DNA from: Eledone cirrhosa | Lineage: Eukaryota | DNA: 64,000 nucleotides | Assembly (NCBI GenBank): GCA_964016885.1 | Contig: OZ024756.1 | Coordinates: 34,224,001-34,288,000, forward strand | Direction: 5' to 3' | Part shown: one piece after another, positions 1-12,045 of the stretch | Position numbering within the stretch: position 1 is the stretch's first letter | Layout of the letters: each line of letters begins with the position of its first letter | Position numbers and translations under genes: made by a program | The notes under the pieces: generated by a model | What the model was told of the DNA's origin: nothing | Databases searched by the model: none | The model's input: only the letters and a program-made list of their open reading frames with translations

Positions 1-205
1 TAATTAAGCCACTGTGGAGTCGTCATTAACAAGTTAATTAGGTTTATGTGAGGGTCCTTCTCCATTCTTCACAGTACTTTACAAAACTGCTACACAGCAG
101 GATGTATCATGCTGGACATAAACAAACATCACCAATTGCTATTAAGCATTATCGATAAAAAAGGTGCATGTGGTAAATTGGCACATACACTTATGTATGT
201 ATGTA

Positions 206-243
<38 letters not shown>

Positions 244-325
244 CATGTATATATGTGTGTGAATGTATGTATGTGTATATATATATATACACATGTATGT
301 GTGTGTGTGTGTGAATGCATGTATG

Positions 326-359
<34 letters not shown>

Positions 360-704
360 CCTGCTGACTTTTTCTTACAATTTCCATTTGTCAGCCTAAG
401 GCAATAGTGGAAGACATTTGTAACAAGGAGCTGAGCAGTGGGCTGAGACTATGACGATGATGCTATATATACCCACAAAGATGTGTGTGTGTATGTGTGT
501 ATGTATTTATATATATATATATATATTTGTATATGTGTCTGTATATACACACACACACACATAGGGTTGCTCAATTCTTTCAGGACACATATTTTAATAG
601 CTCTAACTTTTTTCTAACTTGTTCTAATTATTATTTCTGTTCAGATAAAGTATGACAGACATCAAGCTAACTCAGCAAATGGAAAGGCAGCTGTAATCAC
701 CACC

Positions 705-933
705 TTAACCCTTTAGCATTTAAACCGGCCACATCCGGCCAGAATTCACTCACCTCTTTCTGTTCAAACCAGCCATAACTAGTCACTCATATTGATGTTA
801 AGGTATTGTTCTCAAAATAAATAATATCAAAATCTCATAGATTCGATATTATGTGAGATAATTATTTGAGGTAAAGGCTTTACTGTGGAAATATAATAGT
901 ATGTATAGAGTAATGTAAATACTAAAGGGTTAA
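705..933 (+). mobile_element. piggyBac-like MITE family A (TTAA-CCCTTTAGCATTTA...TAAATGCTAAAGGG-TTAA); partial second copy at 937-1096
   Basis: ~14-bp terminal inverted repeats with TTAA on both sides. Other copies lie at about 5318-5515, 15403-15605, 42143-42346, 52217-52445, 52621-52826, 53811-54093, 55803-56020 and 59022-59246. Confidence 0.8.
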
Positions 934-2349
934 CACCTTAGCATTTAAACTGGCCATATCCGACCAGAATTCTCTCACCTCTTTCTGTTCAAGCCGGTCA
1001 TAACTAGCCACTCATACTGATGTTAAGGTATTGTTCTCAAAATAAATAATATCAAAATCTCATAGATTCGATATTATGTGAGATAGAGCCTTTACCTTGC
1101 TCGGTTCCTGGAAGTTGCATGGTCATTTGTTGTCAAAATCCATAAAGAGCTAGAAGCTATTGACCGATTCCAAGGCACCAAACATAAAACTCCTGCTAAG
1201 TGTTCTTTATAGAACTAGAACACGGACATTTGTATGAAAGGTGCAGAAAGTCAATTAGAGTTCAAGGTTTTATCAACCCCGTAAGGATGAAAAGCAAAGC
1301 TAACCTTGGTGGGATTTGAACTCAAACTGTAAAGGGCTGTAATGCTGCAAAGCATGGTGGCCGACACTCTACCGATTCTGCCAACCCACTGCCCTTATAA
1401 TAATCGTTTCTGTTTTAGGCACAAGGCCAATAATTTGAGGGGAGGGGTAAGTCGATTAAATAGACCACAGTGCATGACTGGTACTTCATTTTATCAACCC
1501 TGTAAGGATGAAAGGCAAAGCTAACCCCAGTGGGATTCGAACTCAGAACTTAAAAGGCTATTCTGGTAATAATAATAATAATTATAATGGTTTCTGACTT
1601 AGGAACAAGGCCAACAATTTTTGGGGAGGGAAAGTCGATTAAATCAACCCCAGTGCGAGACTGGTACTTTATTTTATTGACTCCGTAAGGATGAAAGGCA
1701 AAGTTGATCTTGGTGGGATTTGAACTCAGAACATAGAAAGTTGTAACTAAATACTGTAAATGCTCTCTTGATATTGCCATGAAATTTGGTTTGGTGAGAT
1801 TTAGCATAAGTCAATGACATCAGCCCCAGTACATGACTGGTACAAGGTGAGAAAAAAAAAAAAAAGCACAACCATTTTCGCTCCTGAGTGATGAAATAAA
1901 ACTTCCTACAATTGTTAACTGTTGTTAGGCAGGGGTGTCTGCTACATTGTCGCCATGGAAACACATAAGGTGGAACCTCATTGTTGATTTGAAGTCATTC
2001 AGAAGCAATTCTTCAGTTCTGTAAGAATGTTGAAGACATTTCAATTAAAAGTTTTTATTGAATATTAAAACAATAACATAAATAGATAAATAAACAAACA
2101 ATTAATCATCATAAAACATTGAAAGTCATACCTTCAGCAGCAGCAGCAGCAGCTTCCATAGTCAATGTATTGAATACATTCAGAAAAATTGATTCATGTT
2201 TCATTATTATAGACCCGCTAAGTACCAGTAATGCACTGGGTAATTGCTGGCCTAGTGCCAAAAGTAGAAACAATTATTATAGACCTGCTAAGTACCAGTA
2301 ATGTACTGATAATTGCTGGCCTTGTGCCAAAAGTAGAAACATTATTATT

Positions 2350-2545
2350 ATGTGGTGGATTGGCAGTATCGGTAGAGGGTCGGACGCCATGCTTTGCAGC
2401 AAAGAGTTACGGCCCTTTATGATCTGAGTTCAAATCCCGCTGGGGTTAACTTTGCCTTTCATCCTTATGGGGTCGATAAAATAAAGTACCAATAATGCAC
2501 TGGGTAATTGCTGGCCTTGTGCCAAAAGTAGAAACAATTATTATT
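2350..2545 (+). mobile_element. tRNA-headed cephalopod SINE (family 1)
   Basis: A/B-box-like head GGTGGATTGGCAGTATCGGTAGAG...GAGTTCAAATCCCGC, body ACTTTGCCTTTCATCC, (ATT)n tail. Other copies lie at about 1270-1735, 9775-9910, 12187-12275, 16620-16810, 20135-20320, 27948-28160, 32148-32277, 45510-45615, 46350-46820 and 47166-47260. Confidence 0.75.
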
Positions 2546-3180
2546 ATTAGAGGGTCGAAAAAGAAGTTCTGCCTACCCAGTGTATTTGTTAGAAGGTGGG
2601 TGAATGTAGCAAGATAAGGCTACATGGTGGGTGAATGTAGCAAGATAAGGCTACATGGTGGGTGAATGTAGCAAGAATAGCCCTGAGTGAATGGGCCTAC
2701 TCTAATCAAGCTCCAGTAGGCTGGAAAGAACAAAAAGGAGAAGAGCACTTGTCTATAGTCCCCTTGGTGGTCAATATGGTCTCAGATGTCCAGAGTACCT
2801 TAACAGCTCTTCTTCTATGAAATAAAGTCACCCATTTTAAAGGTTTCCAATTTATATTAAAATCTTCCAACAATTTCATATAAGAATCTTACATTAAGTT
2901 AATATTTTAGTAATGAAATAAATAATTTTAGTAAATCTCTCAAACTTCTTCATTAATTAATTAAAATAGTGTATTTCATTAGAAAAGCAGTGATGAAAGG
3001 GTTACTTACTTCTGGGTGGTGCTATTTGAGTCTTCTGTTATTAATTTCTTACTTCATTACCTGTTTTTATGTCTATTAATTTTACGTAAATCTCTACTGT
3101 CCCCCGTTTATTTGTATTGTTCTTAATATTTTCAGCCCCTGACCAGTAAAGAAATTAAATTGGGAAAGAGTAAGCAGTTT

Positions 3181-3650
3181 TCATTTGCCTCTGGTGACCA
3201 TGGTGACCATGGTGAATGAGGTTGTGTGGAGGAGATGGTTGAAAGTGTTGAGGACAAACACTTCCCCTTTCCTCTTGAGCAAAGCCCTGATTAACTTTTT
3301 CAAGTTTCACTTGAAAAAGTTAATCAGAGTAGAGGGAGAAGTGCTGCTTCCCAGCCAGTTTGTCGAAAAGTGGAGGAGAGTGGCCAGCATGACCTGAGTG
3401 AACGAGCGTACTCAAAGTTATGCACCCGTAAATTAGAGGATGACAGCTTTGAGGGAATATTTGTCCTAGAAGTCAGGGTGGCCGTGGCTTTTTGTGGGTT
3501 TTTTTCACAAGTGACTCTCGGAAGGTTTTTCCTCTATTGAGGAATTTTCTTTTGTTTTACATGTTTATTTTACATGCTTGTTTTTTTTTCTGTTATCACA
3601 CTTTTTACATGAAAATAAAACCCATATTGTTTTGCTGTGTCATTCATCTT
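3181..3650 (+). mobile_element. Tx1/L1-like LINE 3' remnant
   Basis: EVVWRRWLK...ALINFFKFHLKKLIRVE..VL.PSQFVEKW, followed by a T-rich 3' UTR and AATAAA. Confidence 0.45.
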
Positions 3651-4189
3651 TAATGTTTTCTCTCATTTCAGCCATGTGTGTGTGTGTGTGACAGCTCACA
3701 CCTATGCAGGTTTAACTGGCCTCCTCAAAGGTATATCTTGTTGGAGGTGTCTTTACAGCTGAGTTAACTGGAGCAACATGAAATAAAGTGTCTTGCTCAA
3801 TGAAACAACACATCACCCGGTCCGAGAATTGAACTCACAACCTTTCGATTGAAAGCCCAATGCTCTAACCACTAAGCCATACACCTTCACATGTGTGGCT
3901 AACAAGGAAATCATTATTTATTTGTGTGTATTCAGTTTAGAATAGGTACACCATATTGCTGTGTGTCATAAAAGAAGAAAGGGGTTGGCACCAAGAAAGG
4001 CAACTTGTTGTAAAACATTGCTTAAAAAAGGACCCCATGATGAGTTTGAAACTTTTCATGGGGTCCACCAGGCTACATCTTCAGTTTGAGAATATCTCCT
4101 TCCTTTCCTGCCACTAATGTTGGGGACCCCCCAAAAAAGGACCATGGACACAGCTCTTTTCTTTTTGAATCATCATCATCACCATCATT

Positions 4190-4580
4190 GTCAATACATC
4201 CATTTTCCCATGCTTGCATGGTTTAGACAAATCCTCTTCAGTACAGCTTCCCTCCATGATTGTCTTTCCTCTGTCATCTGTTGTGAGGTTGAACATCTAA
4301 AGTCAGCTTTCATAATTTCAGCTGATATCTTCTTTGGTCTTCCTCTTTCATGATTTCCTTTCACATGCAACTCCTGGCCTTTCTTCACCCAACAATCATC
4401 CTCCATACACATTGTGTGTCCACCATACCTCTTGCACACTTCATCTGATTCTTCTTACACCCAGCCTTTTCTCTCACCTCATCTGTACTTTGTCATTCAT
4501 ATATACTAACATTACACATCCAATGAAGCATGCTTGATTTCTGTACTCTCTCCAGCCTTTCAATATTCTCTACATTCAAT
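4190..4580 (-). mobile_element. RTE LINE 3' end remnant
   Basis: GHTMCMEDDCWVKK...V.G..ERGRPKK, followed by the CCATGCAAGCATGG motif and a (GAT)n tail. Confidence 0.65.
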
Positions 4581-5992
4581 GCCCACATCACCCTTCCTTC
4601 AGCTCTTAACTCCAGATGACATCTTTACAATGCCATCATGATATACACTATGTTTCAAGTATTTTAAAAACAAGACAGAATCCATTCTGATGTCTCACTA
4701 CCACACTATCACACAGTAAACAGCAACAACAACAACCATATTGCCTCGTACCATGTTATCTGACCAATAACACGACCTAAGATATTCAGAGTTGGAGGAT
4801 GAGACAAACCCAAAGAAACTGATAAGACTGACTGGTCAGTTGATAAATAATGAAAGCCACAACTTCTTCTGAGTTAATATTTATTTATAGAAACTTCAAA
4901 TAAATAAATAAATAAATAAGAAAGAAAGGAAAAAAAAAACAACCAGACGAAGACAGAAAGAAAACCTTGAACATCTTTCAAATAAATGTTATTTCTTGTA
5001 CTTAGAAAGAGAAGGTAAGAATATGTTAGGGTAAATGTTAGGGTGCTTGTTAGGGTAATTGTTAAGGTGTTTGTTAGGGTTAGGGTAGTTATTAAGGTAT
5101 TTGTTAGAGTGCTTGTTGGGGTGCTTGGTAAGATAATTGTTAGGGTAATTGCTAAGGTACTTATTAAGGTATTTGTTAAGGTACTTGTTAGAGCAGATGT
5201 TAGGGTACATGTTAGGGTGCATGAGTATTCTTATAGTTATATGTACTCTTAATGAAATTCCCTGGTCAAATCAGCATGCCACAATAGTGGCTGAGTATTC
5301 CACAGACACATGTACTCTTAACTCTTTAACATTTACATTACTCTATATTTACTATAGTATTTTCACAGTAATATCGAATATAATATCGAATCTATGAGAT
5401 TTTGATATTATTCAGTTTGAGAATAATACCTTAACATAAGTATGAGGGGCCAGTTATGGCTGGTTTAAACAGAATAAGGTGAGAGAGTTCTGGCTGGATA
5501 TGGCAAGCTTGAATGTGTGTGTGTGTGCGCAGGGCATACATGTGTGAATGTGTGCAGGGAGTGTGTGTGTGTGCAGAATGTGTGTGTGTGATTGCAGGGC
5601 ATGTGTGTATGTGTGTGTGCAAAGGTATGTGTATGTGCATGGTGTGTGTGTGTGTGAAGGGTGTGTGTTGTATGTAAGCATGGCATGTGTGTGCGTGGTG
5701 TGTATGTGTGCAGGGTGTGTATGTGTGCAGAATGTGTGTGTGTGTGTGTGTTGCATGTGTGTGCAGGGTGTGTATGTGTGTGTATGTAAGGGTGGGCATG
5801 TGTGTAGAGAGGAGGAATACTTTCTTGAAAAATTCCCAGAAATGCCATACAAGGCAAATTTGGCAACGTTAAGAGATAAATAGATATAAATAAAATGATT
5901 TATACAGAGTGTGTGTTATTGTGGTAGTAGTAGTAGTAGTAGTAGTGGTGGTAGTAGTAGTAGCAGCAGCAGTTCCCCCAATCCCCCCTCCA

Positions 5993-6074
5993 TTACAGAC
6001 AGCGATCAGTTTGGAACGACATCAGCTGGAACTGCATCTGACATTTGAACTGGTTGAGTATCTCGTCAATCATC
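5993..6074 (-). CDS. EXOC2: EXOC2 last coding exon (stop TAA)
   Basis: [26 protein letters not shown]; CAG acceptor; resembles the vertebrate C-terminus [21 protein letters not shown]. Confidence 0.92.
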
Positions 6075-6106
6075 CTGCAAAGATGACATCACCATGTTGT
6101 TATACT

Positions 6107-6137
<31 letters not shown>

Positions 6138-6945
6138 TCCTCGCTGTTGCTGTTGTTGTTGTTGGCTGTGGCTGTAGTTACAACTACAACTTGGGAGGGG
6201 GTGGAGAATATAGTGTGTTATGGTGAGGAGGAGGGGGACAGTGAATGGAAAGAAGAAGAAAGAAGAAAGAAAGAAAGAGCAAAGGGAAGAAAAAAATAAG
6301 AAAAAGAAAAGAATAAAGAAGAAGAAGAAGGAAAGAAAGAAGAAGGAAAGAAAGAAGGAAAGAAAGAAGGAAAGAAAGAAGAAGGAAAGAAGGAACAAAA
6401 GATGAAAGAATGAAAGTAGAAGGAAAGAAAGAAGAGGGAAAGATGAAAAAAGAAAAAAAGAGAAAAGAAGAAGAAGAAGAAGGTGACGACGACCAAAAAT
6501 TTAAGGCAAAACAAGAAAAAAGGCGGGAAAAAAAGCAAGGCAACTTTGAAAGTCTTTGAAAGCCAACAGAAGCTTTAAAAAAAAAGCCAAAAACATAGCA
6601 TAAATAAAGGTTTGCTGGTGTAGTGCTGAGGTAGAAGAAATGGTAGCTAGAAATTTAATTGAGAGGCTTAAAGAATTACAGAACTACAGAATTTACCAAA
6701 GACTGGAACAAAAAATATGAACGGTTAGCAGACAGGAGATAAATAAATAAAGAAAATAAATAAAATAAGCAAATAAAAAAAATATAGAAGGAATAAATAT
6801 AAATAATACACCTTCCAAACCTCCTGGGCCTAAACCCTCCCACCACCCTGCTGTTGCTGTTCTAAAAAGTTTTGAATAGAAGGTGCAACTAATATTGGTA
6901 AATTTTATAGAATTACCTAACATTGACATGTACTCCATCACCTAC

Positions 6946-6993
<48 letters not shown>

Positions 6994-9438
6994 TCATCAA
7001 TTAACATCTATCTTCCAAGCTAGCATCATCATCATATATAGATATATACACAGCACTCTCTAGTCAGCCTTAAGTTCAACAAATTGTTTAACAGAAACAT
7101 TGTCAAGGGTAGTTACAACTGTATACAAAAATGTTGACAATATATAGGCAAACATTCAAATGCAACTCCCAAACCAAACCAGATCAAATCAGAAAAATAT
7201 TCAATGAAACAAGTTTAGCCTTGAAGTAAAAGTAAAATCTCAGGTGAGAAATCCTAGGTAGCTTTCAAGGAAACAAAACAAATCTTGTTTTGATATGAAC
7301 AAAGGCAGTATTAAAATGTCTTTCCTCCATAACAAATCTACTTACAGGAACAAAAACAAAACAAAAGTGTTACAGGGTTATCCAGTGTGTAATGGCAGCT
7401 GAAATTACATGTTGACCAGTTTGACCATTTGACTATAAACAGAATATCGTAATGCCTATTATGCATTGCAGAGAAATACCATAAATAAACTTATACTGTG
7501 AACAGAATGACAGAGAAAATGTCAAAATCATGTCACAAAAACAAAATTCTACCTAAAAAATGACAACTGTAAAATAGATTTCATTGATCAGCCAGATGTA
7601 AACAACAGAACTAAATGGAATTTGGTATCATTTCTGTCATGCAACAGTGAGTATCAATCAGTTAACATGTCAGTCATTTCTTTAATGTTAAACTGTCTGG
7701 TGTTTGTTTCATCAACAAGACACTTGTAGTAGATCAGCCATCTTTAACAGCAATACACATACACATGCATACACACATATATACAGATACATTATATGTT
7801 GGACCTCCATTGTTTCCAACGATTCAAAAAACAAACTACACAACAATGTGGTGCATATTTAGGTTGTAACATGTGGCATGTTTAGATTGTAATGTGGAGA
7901 ATGTTCAAGTCGTAACATGTGGCATGTTTAGGTTGTAACATGTGGTGTGTTCAAGTTGTAACATATGGAATATTTAAGTTGTAATGTGGTGTATGTATGT
8001 TCAAGTAGTAACATGTGGCATGTTTAGGTTGTAACGTGTGGCATATTTAGGTTGTAACATGTGGCGTGTTTAGGTTGTAACATGTGGTGTGTTCAAGTTG
8101 TAATATGTGGCATGTTTAGGCTGCAAAAATTTCAGAGTTCATTTGCATATGTTGTTGCTGTTTAACCCAATGTCATCTGTATATGTTCTTTAGCCCTAGG
8201 TCAACCCTAATTCAACAGACTTATGATCAAAAACATTCAAACAATGACCATCTTGCCTTATTTTTTTTTGGCAGCAGGGAGGCAGGGACAGGCTGAGGTT
8301 TGAAGGATATTTGGACATTTGGCTGCTATTTCCAGCAGGTTAAGTAGAGACCTCTTAAATAATTTGTCTATCACATGTGTATTATATCCCCAGATAATTC
8401 ACACCAGTATGTCTATAAAATGGTTTTTACCTAGATACCTGTACAATCTCCTGTACTCACATTGTGTCCTCAAGGCATGCTACATACATATATACACACA
8501 GATATACACACAAGAAAAAATATACAACATACAAGATAGAATGTATAATTCAATGAATTCTATAACAACATATATATGATTTGCATGGTTTTGTATAATT
8601 TCATATATTATATATTACTCCTTGTTACAATATAGGGAGATCAATATATCTATATATACATATATTATATATACACATATATATTTATGTATATATAATA
8701 TAATATATATGCGATATATATATATATGATATCTATAAATACATGAGATCTATAAATATATATATCATATCCATATATCCATATATATATATATATAATA
8801 TATGTGAGATCTATATATATGATATATATATATCATCATTTAACCTATATATATATATATATATTGTTATACTTTGGGAGGGTCATGTTGCCAATAAGAA
8901 ACACACGCACCAGTTGCTTTCACTTCAATTTAATTTATTATATATTTATAAATTTACGAATTTATAAATTTCTGGTTGGTTGGTTCCACAACCAGATAGT
9001 TGTTTATATATATATAGTCATAGTTCTTTCGTCACACACTCTGTGACCTCTTCAGTGACTGGGGATTTCTTTCTTCGTTTCTGTGCCTTTCCTTTCTTCT
9101 ATCCTACGCCATTCTATCCTACGCCAAAATGGCGTAGGATAGAAGAAAGGAAAGGCACAGAAACGAAGAAAGAAATCCCCAGTCACTGAAGAGGTCACAG
9201 AGTGTGTGACGAAAGAACTATGACTATATATATATAAACAACTATCTGGTTGTGGAACCAACCAACCAACCAGAAATTTATAAATTCGTAAATTTATAAA
9301 TATATAATAAATTAAATTGAAGTGAAAGCAACTGGTGCGTGTGTTTCTTATTGGCAACATGACCCTCCCAAAGTATAACAATATCGGTTTCAACACACGA
9401 TTTCAGATAAAGAATCTTGCTAAACAAATTCAGAAACG

Positions 9439-9476
<38 letters not shown>

Positions 9477-9679
9477 CAACTATGCTCACAATATCACTAC
9501 TAGTAGAATCATGACAATTTAACACTAGATTTTACTACGGACTAACAACTAAGTCTTTCTTTGATATCACTACAACTAAATAGTTTATATTCCTCCTGTT
9601 TTACTACAACAAAAGGTAAAACTGAAGCAGAAGTCAAGCAGCAATAACAACAACAACAATAAATAATAATAGCAACAAC

Positions 9680-9712
<33 letters not shown>

Positions 9713-10480
9713 GAGAACAACAATAATAACAACAACGATAATAATAAAAAGAAGAATAGCAATAGTAATAATAATTGTTTCTACTTTATGCACAAGGCCA
9801 GCAATTTTGGGAAAAGGGGAAAGTCGATTAAATTGACCCCAGTGCATTACTGCTACTTTATTTTATTGACCCTGTAAGGTTGAATGAAAGGCAAAGCTTA
9901 ACCTCGGCAATTTGAAGGGAAGGGAAAAGTCAACCAAATCGACCACAGTCCATTACTGGTACTGGGGTCAATTTGGTCGACTTTTCCCTTCCCTTCAAAT
10001 TGCTGGCCTTGTGCCAAATGTAGAAATAATTATAATAATAATAAACATGCATAGCTTGGCTAGTTTGATGAGGCAACAATCGATAAATATGAAATATAGT
10101 TTGTGACAATATGGCAGACAGATAGACTGGCAAGGTAATGGACAGACAGATGGAGAGAAATGACAGGCAGACGGTCATATGTATAGACAGATGGATGGAC
10201 AGACAGATGGATGGACAGACAGACAGACAAATATATAGACAGATGAACAGACAGACAGATAGATGGACAGACAGACAGACAGACAGACATATAAAAAGAC
10301 AAATGGACAGAGAGATGTGACGGTTTGCAAACCAAAACATTTCAAGAAATGTTGAGAAATGAGACAGATACATTCCATATTTCATGGCGCCATAACAGAG
10401 AAAACTTCATTTTAAAGAATTTCTTCAAATATTTTTAGTGTAAATGTAGGTGGGAGAAATATATGCAAATATAAATACAT

Positions 10481-10539
<59 letters not shown>

Positions 10540-11975
10540 TATATACATATCATCATCATCATCATCATGTAAAATGATGATGATGATGATATACACATAT
10601 ATATATATATATATATACATACAATCAGTCAGTTGGTTGGTTGGTCGGTTGGTTAGTTGGTTGGTAGGTCAGTCAGTTGCTAGGTTGGTTGGTTGGTAGA
10701 TCAGTCAGTTGCTAGGTTGGTTGGTTGGTTGGTTGGTAGGTCAGTCAGTTGCTAGGTTGGTTGGTTGGTAGATCAGTCAGTTGCTAGGTTGGTTGGTTGG
10801 TTGGTTGGTAGGTCAGTCAGTTGCTAGGTTGGTTGGTAGATCAGTCAGTTGCTAGGTTGGTTGGTTGGTTGGTTGGTTGGTAGGTCAGTCAGTTGCTAGG
10901 TTGGTTGGTTGGTTTGTCAGTCAGTTGCTAGGTTGGTTGGTTGGTAGGTCATTCAGTTGTTAGGTTGGTTAGTTGGTTGGTCAGTCAGTTGCTAGGTTGG
11001 TTGGTAGGTCAGTTGGTTGCTAGGTGATTCAGTTGCTAGGTTGGTTGGTTGGTAGGTCAGTTGGTTGCTAGGTCATTCAGTTGCTAGGTTGGTTGGTTGG
11101 TAGGTCAGTCAGTTGCTAGGTTGGTCGGTTGGTTGGTAGGTCAGTCGGTCAGTCAGTTACTAGGTTGGTTGGTAGGTCAGTCAGTTGCTAGGTTGGTTGG
11201 TTGGTCAGTCAGCTGGTAGGTTGGTCAGTCAGTCGGTAGGTCAGTCAATTGTTAGGCTGGTTGGTCGGTAGGTCAGTTGGTTAGTTGGTAGGTCATTCAG
11301 TTGCTAGGTTGGTCTGTTGATTGGTAGGTCAGTCAGTTGTGATAGTACTGTAATACTTAACTAAATATAATTAACATTAACTATTTACTGTATTAGTACT
11401 GTGTTACTTTAATAATTATAATAACTATTTACTGTGGTTGTATTGTGTTACTTAACTAAATATATATATAAGTATAAAGAGAGTGCTCAAGCGCAGAAAT
11501 ACTATAAAGATAGCTTATAAAATAGGGTGAAGACCCTTAAAAGACAGAAAAAGAAATTACCATCGGCTGTTATGAGGAATTGAACCCCATATCTTTGGAA
11601 GATAGCATTTCTGTGCTTGAGCACTTTCTTTATACTTATATATATAATTATATTTAACATTAACTAAGTACAATGGTAATACTGTATTACTTAACTAAAC
11701 ATAACTATAACAACTATTTACTGTGGCATTACTGTAATACTTAACTAAATATAACTATTTACAGTGATAGTACTATGTTACTTAACTAATTATACTTAAC
11801 ATTAACTATTTACAGTGATAGTATTGTGTTATGTTGCTACTTAAGACAGTCAAACAGACAGAAAAATATTTACTTACTTTTTACTGGAGCCAATCGGTGT
11901 TAAAATGGCCAAAGCTTCTTGGAAATGTTTTCTGAAATTTTAAGGAGAAATGAAGGATTCACTACTCTTCATGAC

Positions 11976-12045
<70 letters not shown>

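Larger units (their letters stand above)
8861..9440. mobile_element. Penelope-like element-derived inverted repeat (arms 8861-9113 and 9128-9384) inserted in a (TA)n tract
   Basis: The ~250 bp arms are reverse complements except for one GGTT/AACC unit. Each carries a hammerhead motif, and TA runs flank both sides. Confidence 0.7.

Noticed and set aside
1088-1210. Possible exon LYLARFLEVAWSFVVKIHKELEAIDRFQGTK
   Set aside because: No convincing splice sites. It loosely resembles a decayed CR1-type LINE motif and is too weak to call.
8804-9396. Matching ORFs on opposite strands ([16 protein letters not shown]...)
   Set aside because: A trivial consequence of the inverted repeat; no coding signature.
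9541-9625. Possible extra EXOC2 exon ([24 protein letters not shown])
   Set aside because: Its phase is incompatible with the phase-2 intron, it has no EXOC2 similarity, and exon 27 joins the last exon correctly without it.
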